From an uncultured bacterium (lineage in GTDB: Bacteria > Pseudomonadota > Gammaproteobacteria > Pseudomonadales > JADFDG01), in NCBI GenBank assembly GCA_965232985.1, contig CBDDRC010000012.1, forward strand, positions 140,134 to 204,133: a stretch of DNA of 64,000 bases, read 5' to 3'. The notes below the pieces were generated by a model that had not been told where the DNA came from, searched no databases, and worked only from the letters and a program-made list of their open reading frames with translations. Positions within the stretch are counted from its first letter, which is position 1. Each line of letters begins with the position of its first letter. The translations under genes were made by a program, and so were the position numbers. Below, in pieces: positions 21,466 through 32,371 of the stretch.

Positions 21466-23457
21466 TCAAGAGGCGAGTTCAAAGACCAGCAACACAACGC
21501 CCTCATCGACGAGCGCGCCTTCGGCGCAGAGAAATTCGCGTACCGTGCCGTCGGCTGGTGCGCAGATCGGATGTTCCATTTTCATCGCCTCCATGATCAC
21601 CAGCGGTTGATTGCGTTTTACCCGCGCGCCGGCGGCGACCAGCAGGGCAACGATGCGGCCGTGCATGGGTGCCTTGCAGTCGCCGCCTTGGCCGGCATCA
21701 GTGGCCTCACCGGCAACCGGTGGAATGACCAGCGCGTAATGCTCGCCGCGCAGCCACACATGTACAACGTTGCCCAGGCGCTGCGTCCAGGTTTGATCGT
21801 GCCGTTCGCCGAGTTCGACCTGATAGTGGCCATCGTCACGCGCGCTGAGACGTATCGACAGTGTTTGCTTGCCGAGGGTGACGAGCGATCTGCCATCTGT
21901 TGTCGGTACGACCGACTGCCGCAGACTCTCCCCGCGATACGTGAGCACGACCGGCTGGCGGCGTGCGCCGGTGGGCTCCCAGGAATCCAGCGCCTCCCAC
22001 GGTGACCAGGGATCGCTGGCATGCTGGCGCGGCGTTGCCGCCGTCGGCGAGGTGGCAATCTGTACGGCGGCGATGGCGGCGGCCACGTGCAGGCCGGCAG
22101 GATCGGCAGTGAGGATGTCGGCGTGCCGTTCAAGAAAACGCGTGTCGAGATCGGCGTCGAGGAACGGCGCGCTGGACACGATGCGGTGCAGGTAAGGCAC
22201 GTTGACCGTGATGCCGGCGATGCGGGTGTCACGCAGTGCCTGCGCGAGACGGGCGGCGGCCTCGCGGCGATTGGCGCCGTGGCAGATCAGCTTGGCCACC
22301 ATCGGGTCGTAGAACGGGCTGATGGTATCGCCCTCGATGACGCCGGTATCGAGGCGAACATCGCCGGCAACAGCCGGTGTACGCATCACCGTGACGGTGC
22401 CGGTCGATGGCAGGAAGTTGTGGTCGGTATCCTCGGCACAGATACGCACTTCGATGGCGTGCCCATTGATCTGTAACTGATCCTGGGTGCGCGGCAGTTT
22501 TTCGCCACCGGCAACACGGATTTGCCATTCGACCAGATCCTGGCCGGTAATCAGTTCGGTTACGGGATGCTCCACCTGCAGACGGGTGTTCATCTCCATG
22601 AAGTAAAAATCACCGGTCACATCGAGCAGGAACTCGACGGTGCCGGCGCCCTCGTAGCCGATGGCCTGCGCAGCTTTCACAGCGGCATCGCCCATTTTTT
22701 TGCGCAGTACCGGTGTCATGCCCGGCGCTGGCGCTTCTTCGACGATCTTTTGATGGCGGCGCTGGATCGAGCAGTCACGTTCGAACAGGTAGACGCCGTT
22801 GCCGTGCGTATCGCAAAACACCTGCACTTCGACATGGCGTGGGCGTTGCAGGTATTTTTCGGCGAGCATGGTGTCGTCGCCAAAAGAATTCATCGCTTCG
22901 CGGCGCGCAGCGGCGAGGGCATCGGCAAATTCCGCTTCTGAGAGCACCGCGCGCATGCCCTTGCCGCCGCCGCCGGCAGCGGCCTTGAGCAGCACCGGAA
23001 AGCCGATGCGTTTTGCCTCGACGAGCAGGCGGGCGTCGTCCTGCTGCTCGCCGTGATAACCAGGCACCAGTGGGACGCCGGCATGTGCCATCAGCCGTTT
23101 GGCGGCAGATTTCGAGCCCATGGCCTCGATGGCGGCCGGCGGCGGGCCGATGAAATCGATGCCGGCATTGCGACAGGCTTGCGCAAATTTTGCATTTTCG
23201 GACAAAAATCCGTAGCCGGGATGAATCGCGTCAGCGCCGACACTTTTTGCCGCGGCGATTATTTTTTCGATGATGAGATAGGTTTCGCGCGGCAGGTTGC
23301 CGGGCAGATGCACCGATTCGTCCGCCTGCAGCCGGTGCTGGGCGTTGCAATCGGCATCGGAATACAGGGCGACCGTGGCAATGCCGAGCCGGCGGCAGGT
23401 GCGAATGACACGGCAGGCAATTTCGCCGCGATTGGCAATGAGAATTTTCTTGAACAT
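21466..23457 (-). CDS. liuD: 3-methylcrotonyl-CoA carboxylase alpha (biotin carboxylase + BCCP)
   Basis: KILIANRGEIA, HPGYGFLSEN, EMNTRLQVEHPVTE, EAMKM biotin site; downstream of the beta subunit and isovaleryl-CoA dehydrogenase. Confidence 0.88.
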   Translation of the reverse strand: MFKKILIANRGEIACRVIRTCRRLGIATVALYSDADCNAQHRLQADESVHLPGNLPRETYLIIEKIIAAAKSVGADAIHPGYGFLSENAKFAQACRNAGIDFIGPPPAAIEAMGSKSAAKRLMAHAGVPLVPGYHGEQQDDARLLVEAKRIGFPVLLKAAAGGGGKGMRAVLSEAEFADALAAARREAMNSFGDDTMLAEKYLQRPRHVEVQVFCDTHGNGVYLFERDCSIQRRHQKIVEEAPAPGMTPVLRKKMGDAAVKAAQAIGYEGAGTVEFLLDVTGDFYFMEMNTRLQVEHPVTELITGQDLVEWQIRVAGGEKLPRTQDQLQINGHAIEVRICAEDTDHNFLPSTGTVTVMRTPAVAGDVRLDTGVIEGDTISPFYDPMVAKLICHGANRREAAARLAQALRDTRIAGITVNVPYLHRIVSSAPFLDADLDTRFLERHADILTADPAGLHVAAAIAAVQIATSPTAATPRQHASDPWSPWEALDSWEPTGARRQPVVLTYRGESLRQSVVPTTDGRSLVTLGKQTLSIRLSARDDGHYQVELGERHDQTWTQRLGNVVHVWLRGEHYALVIPPVAGEATDAGQGGDCKAPMHGRIVALLVAAGARVKRNQPLVIMEAMKMEHPICAPADGTVREFLCAEGALVDEGVVLLVFELAS

Positions 23458-23468
23458 GAGTGCTGGCC

Positions 23469-25075
<1,607 letters not shown>

Positions 25076-25076
<1 letters not shown>

Positions 25077-26245
25077 CAGGTGGATTCCTTGAACAGCTCG
25101 CGCCCGATCAGCATGCGGCGAATTTCGCTGGTGCCGGCACCGATTTCGTACAGTTTGGCATCGCGCAGCAGGCGGCCGGTCGGGTAATCGTTGATGTAGC
25201 CGTTGCCACCCAGACATTGAATCGCGTCGAGTGCCATTTGCGTGGCGTTTTCGGCGGTGTAGAGAATCACGCCGGCGGCATCCTTGCGGCTGGTTTCCTT
25301 GCGGTCGCAGGCTTTCGCCACCGCATAAAGGTAGGCGCGCGAGGCGTTCAGCGTTACGTACATGTCGGCGAGTTTGCCCTGCATCAACTGAAATTCGCCG
25401 ATGGCCTGACCGAATTGCTTGCGTTCATGCACATAGGGCAGTACTACGTCCATGCAGGCCTGCATGATGCCGATGCAGGCGCCGGAGAGCACTGTGCGCT
25501 CGTAATCGAGGCCGCTCATCAGCACGCGCACGCCATCGCCGACCTTGCCGAGTACGTTTTCCTCAGGCACCTCACAATCCACGAAGACCAGTTCGCAGGT
25601 ATTCGACCCGCGCATCCCCAGCTTGTCGAGTTTTGGCGAACGCGAAAACCCTTGCCAGTCACGCTCGACGATGAAAGCGGTGATGCCGCGCGGGCCGGCG
25701 TTGATGTCGGTCTTGGCATAGATCACATAGGTGTGGGCATCCGGGCCATTGGTGATCCACATCTTGTTGCCGTTGAGCACGAAGCGGTCGCCTTTGCGGT
25801 CGGCGCGCAGTTTCATGCTGACGACATCGGAGCCGGCGCCCGGCTCGCTCATCGCGAGTGCGCCAATCTGTTCGCCGCTGATGAGTTTCGGCAAGTATTT
25901 TGTGCGCTGCGCCGGATTCCCGTTGAGGAAAATCTGATTCACGCACAGGTTCGAATGGGCGCCATAGGAGAGGCAGACGGAGGCCGACGCGCGCGAGAGT
26001 TCTTCCATGACGATGGCGTGCGCGAGGTAGCCCATCGCCACGCCGCCGTACTCCTCGGAGACGGTCATGCCGAGCAGGCCCAGATCGCCCATCTTGCGCC
26101 ACAGATCCATCGGGAACTGGTTGCTGCGGTCGATCTCGGCCGCGCGTGGCGCGACTTCCTTCTGGGCGAACTGATACACGGTGTCGCGCAGTGCGTCGAT
26201 GGTATCGCCGAGGTCGAAGCGGAGCATGGGGTAGCTGGCGTTCAT
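25076..26245 (-). CDS. liuA: isovaleryl-CoA dehydrogenase
   Basis: [44 protein letters not shown]; GGAG RBS upstream. Confidence 0.93.
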
Positions 26246-26511
26246 CGCGGGTCTCCAGTGGCGGGGGACGGTTCGGGTGGCAGGGATGTGCGGGTGCGGC
26301 GCCGTGCTGCGGCAACCGCTCAGAGCCAGCACGTCTGCAATGCGGTAGCGGATGCCGAGGAGGCCGGATTATGGGTATCGTTTACCGCAGCGTAAAGTAC
26401 GGCCGGGCGGTCTGTGGCGGGCTTATTTGGCACGGCACGCGCGGCAGACCGACAGACCCCATCATCGTGCCAGGCCAGCCGCAGAACCCGGCACAGACAC
26501 AGGAGAACGCC

Positions 26512-27195
26512 ATGACGCGCGCAAACCCCCGGCCTTGCCACGCCCTGCTGTTCGGCGCCAGCGGCCTGGTCGGCACGCACTTGTTGCAGCAACTGCTGGC
26601 CAGTCCGGATATTGCCCGAGTCACGGCGGCCACGCGCAAGCCGTTGTTGGTGCGCGATCCCAAACTCAACAACCTGGTGAGCGATTTTTCCCGCTTCGAG
26701 CAGCGCGAGTGGCCCGCTGCGGTCGACGTCGCCTTCTCCTGCCTTGGTACGACGCTCAAGCAGGCCGGCAGCCGCGCCGCCTTCCACGCCGTCGATCACG
26801 ATCTCGTGCTGCGTTGCGCCGGCTGGGCGCAACAACTCGGCGCACAGCATTTTCTCGCGGTGTCAGCCATCGGCATCAGCAAGCATTCGCTGGTGTATTA
26901 CAACCGGGTAAAGGCCGAGACCGAACAGGATCTTGCGGCGCTTGGATTTTTGCGGCTCACGCTGATGCAGCCATCCTTGCTGCTCGGTGAGCGTGGCGGC
27001 AGGTACCGTCCCGGCGAGGCACTGGCCACTCGGCTGGCGCCAGTACTCGGCCCGTTGCTGGCCGGGCCGCTGTCGGCTTATGCGCCGGTGCAGGCTGCCG
27101 ACGTCGCGCAAGCCATGCTGGCGCGCGCGCTGGCGCCGGCAGATGCAGGCATTGAGCGCCTGCGTTACCGCGATATCATGCGCCTGGCGCGCTGA
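26512..27195 (+). CDS. NAD(P)-binding Rossmann-fold oxidoreductase (YraR/TIP30-like)
   Basis: [30 protein letters not shown]; AGGAG RBS. Confidence 0.85.
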   Translation: MTRANPRPCHALLFGASGLVGTHLLQQLLASPDIARVTAATRKPLLVRDPKLNNLVSDFSRFEQREWPAAVDVAFSCLGTTLKQAGSRAAFHAVDHDLVLRCAGWAQQLGAQHFLAVSAIGISKHSLVYYNRVKAETEQDLAALGFLRLTLMQPSLLLGERGGRYRPGEALATRLAPVLGPLLAGPLSAYAPVQAADVAQAMLARALAPADAGIERLRYRDIMRLAR

Positions 27196-27239
27196 TTTGC
27201 TTGGCTGCCCATCCCCTTTCTGCTCAGGAGACTGCTTTC

Positions 27240-27719
27240 GTGAATTTCGTGACCTGTGATCTCTGCGACGAGAACCCGGAAGATGTGCATGTGTGCGAGC
27301 CGATGTTCAACCAGTTCGGCGGTCGCGAGTGTTTCGGCGGCGAGATCGTCACCGCCAAGTGTTTTGAGGACAACTCGCGGGTGAAGGAAATGCTCGGCAC
27401 GCCTGGCACAGGGAAGGTGCTGGTGGTCGATGGCGGCGGCTCGCTGCGCTGCGCATTGCTCGGCGACATGATCGGCGAGGATGCCGTGAAGAATGGTTGG
27501 GAAGGGGTGATCGTCCATGGCTGTGTACGCGACGTCGATGCGCTGGGTACGCTGGACCTCGGCGTGCAGGCCATTGCTTCGATCCCGCTCAAGAGCAACC
27601 GGCGCGGCGAAGGCCAGCTGAATATCGCGGTGACTTTCGGCGGCGTTACGTTCCGCCCGGGGGAATATGTTTACGCGGACAACAACGGCGTGATTGTCTC
27701 GGCAAAAAAACTGCTCTGA
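27240..27719 (+). CDS. rraA: RraA family protein (regulator of RNase activity / HMG aldolase-like)
   Basis: [37 protein letters not shown]; AGGAG RBS before GTG 27240. Confidence 0.92.
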   Translation: MNFVTCDLCDENPEDVHVCEPMFNQFGGRECFGGEIVTAKCFEDNSRVKEMLGTPGTGKVLVVDGGGSLRCALLGDMIGEDAVKNGWEGVIVHGCVRDVDALGTLDLGVQAIASIPLKSNRRGEGQLNIAVTFGGVTFRPGEYVYADNNGVIVSAKKLL

Positions 27720-27739
27720 TGCGTTTCGGGTAAATCCGG

Positions 27740-28291
27740 TCAGATGAGGTACGGTTTCAGGCGCTCTTCGATCGTTTTCTGGATGCTGCGTTTTTCCAGA
27801 TCCGACTGCTTGGTCAGTATGGGCAGCACGACGCGGTGCAGGTGCAGGGCCGGTTGTGATTTTTTGAACTCGCGCAGGTCGCCCTTGGTGACCACGGGCA
27901 GGAACGGGTCGTCCGGGCGCTGGCGTTTGCGGATGGCATTGAGAGCAACTTTCAGCGGCACTTCCTTGCTGCTGCCATCCTTGAGCGGGATATGCAGCAA
28001 CAGCGCGCCGCTGTCGTTCGGCAGGATCAGGAAGCCGGTTTGCTTGACCGCATTTTCCGGAATGTGGTTGAAGGTATCGTGGAAGGCGTAGGGGTTCGGC
28101 AGGATCAACAACTTGCGGGCGTTGTCTTCCGGCACAATGATTTCATAGTTGCTGTACAACTGCTGCACCGGCCCCGAGTAGACGCACAGCGTTTTCTGGA
28201 ACTGCATTACAAAGCGGGTGGCGCGCTGATGGTCGGAAACCTTCTCAAGGCTCCAGACTAGATGTTCATTCTGGCCCGACGCGCTCGTCAT
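27740..28291 (-). CDS. hypothetical protein (183 aa)
   Basis: protein-like composition, fills the gap between rraA and the mdh terminator; no recognised motif. Confidence 0.75.
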   Translation of the reverse strand: MTSASGQNEHLVWSLEKVSDHQRATRFVMQFQKTLCVYSGPVQQLYSNYEIIVPEDNARKLLILPNPYAFHDTFNHIPENAVKQTGFLILPNDSGALLLHIPLKDGSSKEVPLKVALNAIRKRQRPDDPFLPVVTKGDLREFKKSQPALHLHRVVLPILTKQSDLEKRSIQKTIEERLKPYLI

Positions 28292-28433
28292 CTCGTAACC
28301 CCGGGTGTCTCATGCAAGGTGGCCCCGATTGTGGGGGACAGGCGCATGCAAGGGAAGGCGCTATGTCATGCAAATGGCCCGTACATCGCAGCAGCCTGCT
28401 GCCTGAATACGCGGGCGCTGTTGCCCGGCAATG

Positions 28434-28461
28434 AAAAGGCCCGCAGTGCGCGGGCCTTTTT
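28434..28461. terminator. rho-independent terminator downstream of mdh
   Basis: AAAAGGCCCGC-agtgc-GCGGGCCTTTTT. Confidence 0.75.
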
Positions 28462-28475
28462 GGTTACTGCGTGCT

Positions 28476-29456
28476 TCAGGGCAGCAGGTGCTGCACGGCG
28501 TCGCGCTCTTCCTGCAGTTCCTTCTCGGTGGCCTTCATCCTGGCACGCGAAAACTCGCTGATTTGCAGGCCCTGGACAATCGCCCAGTCGCCACCCTTGC
28601 AGGTGACCGGGAAGGAGTAGATCAGGCCCTTGTCGATGCCGTAGGAGCCGTCGGAGTAGACGCCCATCGATACCCAGTCGCCCTCGGCGGTGCCCAGCGC
28701 CCAGGTACGCATATGGTCAATGGCGGCATTGGCGGCAGACGCAGCCGAAGACGCGCCGCGCGCCTTGATCACGGCGGCGCCGCGCTGCTGCACGGTCGGG
28801 ATGAACTCCTGTTCGTACCAGGCGTTGTCGACCAGGCTGCTGGCGGCCTTGCCGTTGACGGTGGTGTTGGCGATGTCCGGGTATTGCGTGGAGCTGTGGT
28901 TACCCCAGATGGTCATCTTTTTGATGTGATTGATGGAGGTGCCGGTTTTCGCGCCGAGTTGCGACAGCGCCCGGTTGTGATCCAGACGGGTCATGGCAGT
29001 GAAATTGCGCGGATCAAGACCCGGTGCGTTGCGCTGGGCAATCAGCGAGTTGGTATTGGCCGGGTTGCCGACCACCAGCACCTTGACATTGCGCGAGGCA
29101 ACTTCGTTCAGTGCCTTACCCTGCACGGAGAAAATCGCGGCGTTGGCTTCCAGCAGATCCTTGCGCTCCATGCCCGGGCCGCGCGGGCGGGCGCCGACGA
29201 GCAGGGCGTAGTCGATATCCTTGAAGGCCACTTTCGGGTCGTCGGTGAGTACCATGCCGGCCAGCAGCGGGAAGGCGCAGTCGTCCAGTTCCATTGCCAC
29301 GCCCTGCAACGCACCGAGCGCCGGGGTGATTTCCAGCATCTGCAGAATCACCGGCTGGTCCGGGCCGAGCATCGAGCCGGAAGCAATGCGGAACAGCAGG
29401 GAATAACTGATCTGGCCGGCGGCGCCGGTCACGGCCACGCGTACGGGCTTCTTCAT
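28476..29456 (-). CDS. mdh: malate dehydrogenase (MDH type 2)
   Basis: [47 protein letters not shown]. Confidence 0.97.
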   Translation of the reverse strand: MKKPVRVAVTGAAGQISYSLLFRIASGSMLGPDQPVILQMLEITPALGALQGVAMELDDCAFPLLAGMVLTDDPKVAFKDIDYALLVGARPRGPGMERKDLLEANAAIFSVQGKALNEVASRNVKVLVVGNPANTNSLIAQRNAPGLDPRNFTAMTRLDHNRALSQLGAKTGTSINHIKKMTIWGNHSSTQYPDIANTTVNGKAASSLVDNAWYEQEFIPTVQQRGAAVIKARGASSAASAANAAIDHMRTWALGTAEGDWVSMGVYSDGSYGIDKGLIYSFPVTCKGGDWAIVQGLQISEFSRARMKATEKELQEERDAVQHLLP

Positions 29457-29588
29457 CGGAGGGTCTCCACGGGAGGGTTTGGTGGTCGCGGCGACGGTGT
29501 CTTGTAGACGTCCGGTCGCGAACGGGCGGCGCGGATTATAGGGGCTGGGAGGGCGTGGGGTAACTGCGAATTGCGGCGGGTTCATCCA

Positions 29589-29679
29589 CCTCCGCGCGCC
29601 GGCTGGCCCGGGTGGGTGTCCGGGCTCCGCTCGCTTTCGCTCGGGACCCGGATCACGCCACCCGGCCGCGCCGGGGAGG
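29589..29679. repeat. ~90-nt imperfect GC-rich inverted repeat (REP/MITE-like hairpin)
   Basis: arms CCTCC..CCGGC..CCGGGTGG.GTG.TCCGGG and CCCGGA.CAC.CCACCCGG..GCCGG.GGAGG around a GCTCGCTTTCGCTC loop. Confidence 0.55.
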
Positions 29680-29828
29680 GCAGGTGCGTGATCGCGTTCT
29701 TGCGGCGCCCTGTGGCGGTGCGTTGGGTTTGGGGCGTGCCCGGTGGTGTGCACGGTGGCGGGTATTTGTGCGTCAATTTACTTTAACAATCATTAATAAC
29801 TAATTGAATAATAACAGTTCACAGGGTT

Positions 29829-29844
29829 TGGCAAGCCTCTTGCT
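29829..29844 (+). promoter_or_regulatory. sigma-54 (-24/-12) promoter for the solute-binding protein gene
   Basis: TGGCAAGCCTCTTGCT versus consensus TGGCAC-N5-TTGCW; preceded by an AT-rich tract (about 29775-29820) that could bind IHF. Confidence 0.75.
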
Positions 29845-29909
29845 CTGATTGTTGTGTGCGCTTGCCGTCCGTCGTGGCCTCGCGGCCCGGGGACTTACAG
29901 CATTCGCAA

Positions 29910-30011
29910 GGCGTCTAGGGTTCCGGCCGGTTCGAGATGAAGCGGTGCTGGTCCGAGAGTCGCCGGCCTGCCGGGATGGCGGGTTGCACGGAGGGATAAA
30001 AGCCCGGGAGA
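29910..30011 (+). ncRNA. guanidine-I (ykkC-yxkD) riboswitch #1
   Basis: GGCGTCTAGGGTTCCG...GCTGGTCCGAGAGTCGCC...CACGGAGGGATAAAAGCCCGGGAGA has all ykkC conserved blocks; upstream of the SBP gene. Confidence 0.93.
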
Positions 30012-30076
30012 TCCGCGAACGTGTCGACAGGCGTCTACAGCCCCGCTCCCCACGGAGCCCACTTGAGGATCGACCC

Positions 30077-31171
30077 ATGACCGCGAATGCCCGCACAGCG
30101 TCCCTCCCGCTGCCGCGCCTGTTTCTTGCTGCCCTTGCTGTCTGCCTGCTGGTTGCCTTTAGCGTCGGCCAGGCGCAGGCAGCGCCGAAGACTCACTTCA
30201 AACTCGCCTGGAGCGTCTACGCCGGCTGGATGCCCTGGCCATACGCGGCCGAGAGCGGAATCATCAAGAAGTGGGCCGACAAGTACGGCATCACCATCGA
30301 CGTGAAGCAGGTCGATTACATTGAGTCGATCAACCAGTACACGGCCGGCCAGTTCGATGCCTGCCTGATGACCAACATGGACGCGCTGACGATTCCTGCT
30401 GCCGGCGGTGTCGATACCACCGCGCTGATCGTCGGCGACTACTCCAACGGCAACGACGGCCTCGTTCTCAAGGGCAAGAAGTCACTCAAGGACATCAAGG
30501 GCCAGAAGGTCAACCTGCTGGAGCTGTCGGTGTCGCACTACTTCCTGGCGCGCGCGCTGGAATCGGTCGGTATGAGCGAGCGTGACGTGAAGGTGGTGAA
30601 CACTTCCGACGCCGACATCGTTGCCGCCTGGAGCACCGCGCAGGTCACCGCGTCCGCTGCCTGGAACCCGCAGCTGGCGACCATGATGAAACAGCCGAAC
30701 ACCTACCTCGTTTACGACTCTTCGAAGATTCCTGGTGAAATTCTCGACATGGCGATGGTCAACACGCAGGTGCTCAAGGAAAACCCGGCTTTCGGCAAGG
30801 CACTGGTCGGCGCCTGGTTCGAGACGCTGGCGGTGATGGCCAAAGCCGATGCGAAGGCGAAGGCGGCGAAAGAGTCGATGGCGAAGGCCTCCGGCACCGA
30901 TCTGGCCGGCTATGAGGCACAGCTGAAGGCAACCATGCTGTTCTACACGCCGAAGGATGCCTATGCGTTCACCACCGCGCCGACGCTGGTGACCGGCATG
31001 GATAAGGTGCGCAAATTCTCGTTCGCCAAGGGCCTGCTGGGCAGTGGGGCGAAGGACGTGGATGCCATCGGTATTGTCTTCCCGGGCGGCAAGGTGCTGG
31101 GTAATCCGAAGAACATCAAGCTTCGCTACGACGAGACGTACGTGAAGATGGCGATGGACGGCAAGCTGTAG
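30077..31171 (+). CDS. ABC transporter substrate-binding protein, urea-carboxylase-associated family (probable guanidine-binding)
   Basis: signal peptide, AWSVYAGWMPW, DYIESINQYTAG, MTNMDAL, DYSNGNDG, ELSVSHY; GAGGA RBS. Confidence 0.92.
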   Translation: MTANARTASLPLPRLFLAALAVCLLVAFSVGQAQAAPKTHFKLAWSVYAGWMPWPYAAESGIIKKWADKYGITIDVKQVDYIESINQYTAGQFDACLMTNMDALTIPAAGGVDTTALIVGDYSNGNDGLVLKGKKSLKDIKGQKVNLLELSVSHYFLARALESVGMSERDVKVVNTSDADIVAAWSTAQVTASAAWNPQLATMMKQPNTYLVYDSSKIPGEILDMAMVNTQVLKENPAFGKALVGAWFETLAVMAKADAKAKAAKESMAKASGTDLAGYEAQLKATMLFYTPKDAYAFTTAPTLVTGMDKVRKFSFAKGLLGSGAKDVDAIGIVFPGGKVLGNPKNIKLRYDETYVKMAMDGKL

Positions 31172-31194
31172 GCGTTACTTGCAGGCAAGCACGA

Positions 31195-31440
31195 TGAGCG
31201 GCGGATTTTCCGCCGGCAAACACGTCATGAAAGGTTCACGGAGGCAGTGCAGAGTCAGGCGGTTGAGCGGTTAAGGAAATCGACGTTGCATTCCGGTCAA
31301 CGCACGCAGGGAAGCGTGGCGATGACGAGTGCCGGCTCACGGGCCTTTGCGCCCCAGGGGATGCAGCGACGCGGTTCACCTGGAACCGGACAGGGACGAG
31401 CAAGCAGCGAAGGGGCGCCCATGAAGGGCGCCCTTTTTTT
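31195..31440 (+). ncRNA. candidate GGA-rich small RNA or structured 3' UTR (Csr/Rsm sponge-like)
   Basis: 8 GGA motifs in about 200 nt, including the hairpin CACGC-AGGGAA-GCGTG; ends in a strong terminator; 5' end uncertain. Confidence 0.35.
31410..31440 (+). terminator. rho-independent terminator
   Basis: AAGGGGCGCCC-atgaa-GGGCGCCCTTTTTTT. Confidence 0.88.
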
Positions 31441-31448
31441 GCTTTACG

Positions 31449-32345
31449 TTACAGCTGCCTGTCCGGCCGCCACGCCTCCAGCACCGCCGCCGACAAGATC
31501 AGCGCGCCACCAAACCACTCCATCGGTGCCATCGTTTCCCCGGCCCACCAGGCGGCAGTAATCACCGCTGTCAGCAATTCCATGATGATCAGGATCGACG
31601 CGCGGCCGGCTTCCAGGTGCGTCACGCCCCATTGGGTGCCGGCGGTAGCGACGAGCAGCAACAAGCCGAGCGCGACGGTGTACGCCCAGGTGATCGGCGG
31701 TATGCCGTGCGGCATCGATTGCACGCCGGCGCCAATCAGCAGCGCCGCAATCACCGCGCAGCCGACAAACATCATCGCGACCTTGCTGGGCACCGGCGCG
31801 ATCGATGCGGCGCGGAAGCAGAGGTTGTTCATCGCAAACCCGAAGCCGGAAACGATGGCGAGCACGTCGATCCAGGAGGGCGGCGCCGCCAGCACGGCGG
31901 GGCCGCCGAGAATGAGGAACGCGCCACTCAGGGCAAGCACGACGGCAAGCGCGCGCTGCGCGTCGATTTTCTCGCCGAGAAAAATCTTGCCGCCGAGCAC
32001 GCCCCAGACCGGCAACAGGTAGAACAGCACCATCACCCGCACGACTTCGCCGTTCATCAGGCTGTAGGCAAAGGCGATGTTGGCAATGCCGCCCAGGAAA
32101 AAAATCAGCAGCATGAAGCGCGCTTCCGGTCGCCAGCGCGCGAACTGCATGATCAGTACCGGCGCGAGCAGCAGCGCGAGCGTGCCGTAGGCAACGAGAA
32201 TCTGCGGCAGCCCGGTAACGCCGGCAGTGGCGAGCGCCTTCATCGGCCACCAGGTCGTGCCCCAGAGCACGGAGGCGGCGAGCAAGGCAAGAATGGGCAG
32301 GCGGGCGCTGTGCGCTGTGGAGCCGCTCTTTGGCGATATCTGCAT
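31449..32345 (-). CDS. DMT/EamA family transporter
   Basis: about 10 hydrophobic segments, LWGTTWWPMK, LFYLLPVW..LGGKIFLGEK, ASILIIMELL; last gene of the four-gene operon. Confidence 0.9.
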   Translation of the reverse strand: MQISPKSGSTAHSARLPILALLAASVLWGTTWWPMKALATAGVTGLPQILVAYGTLALLLAPVLIMQFARWRPEARFMLLIFFLGGIANIAFAYSLMNGEVVRVMVLFYLLPVWGVLGGKIFLGEKIDAQRALAVVLALSGAFLILGGPAVLAAPPSWIDVLAIVSGFGFAMNNLCFRAASIAPVPSKVAMMFVGCAVIAALLIGAGVQSMPHGIPPITWAYTVALGLLLLVATAGTQWGVTHLEAGRASILIIMELLTAVITAAWWAGETMAPMEWFGGALILSAAVLEAWRPDRQL

Positions 32346-32371
32346 GACGGGAAGCGGCAGCCTTCAGGTTT

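Noticed and set aside
26428-26443. Possible sigma-54 promoter TGGCACGGCACGCGCG upstream of the Rossmann-fold gene
   Set aside because: Good -24 element but no TTGC at -12; likely chance in GC-rich DNA.
29849-30076. N-terminal extensions in the ORF track for the SBP (29849), permease (35500), desaturase (35106) and carboxylase (38631)
   Set aside because: Each extension runs through a riboswitch; downstream starts with RBSs and family-typical N-termini fit better.
31167-31183. Possible GacA/UvrY box (TGTAGG-N5-CTTGCA) before the candidate sRNA
   Set aside because: The spacer is 5 rather than 6 nt and both half-sites mismatch TGTAAG-N6-CTTACA; too weak to call.
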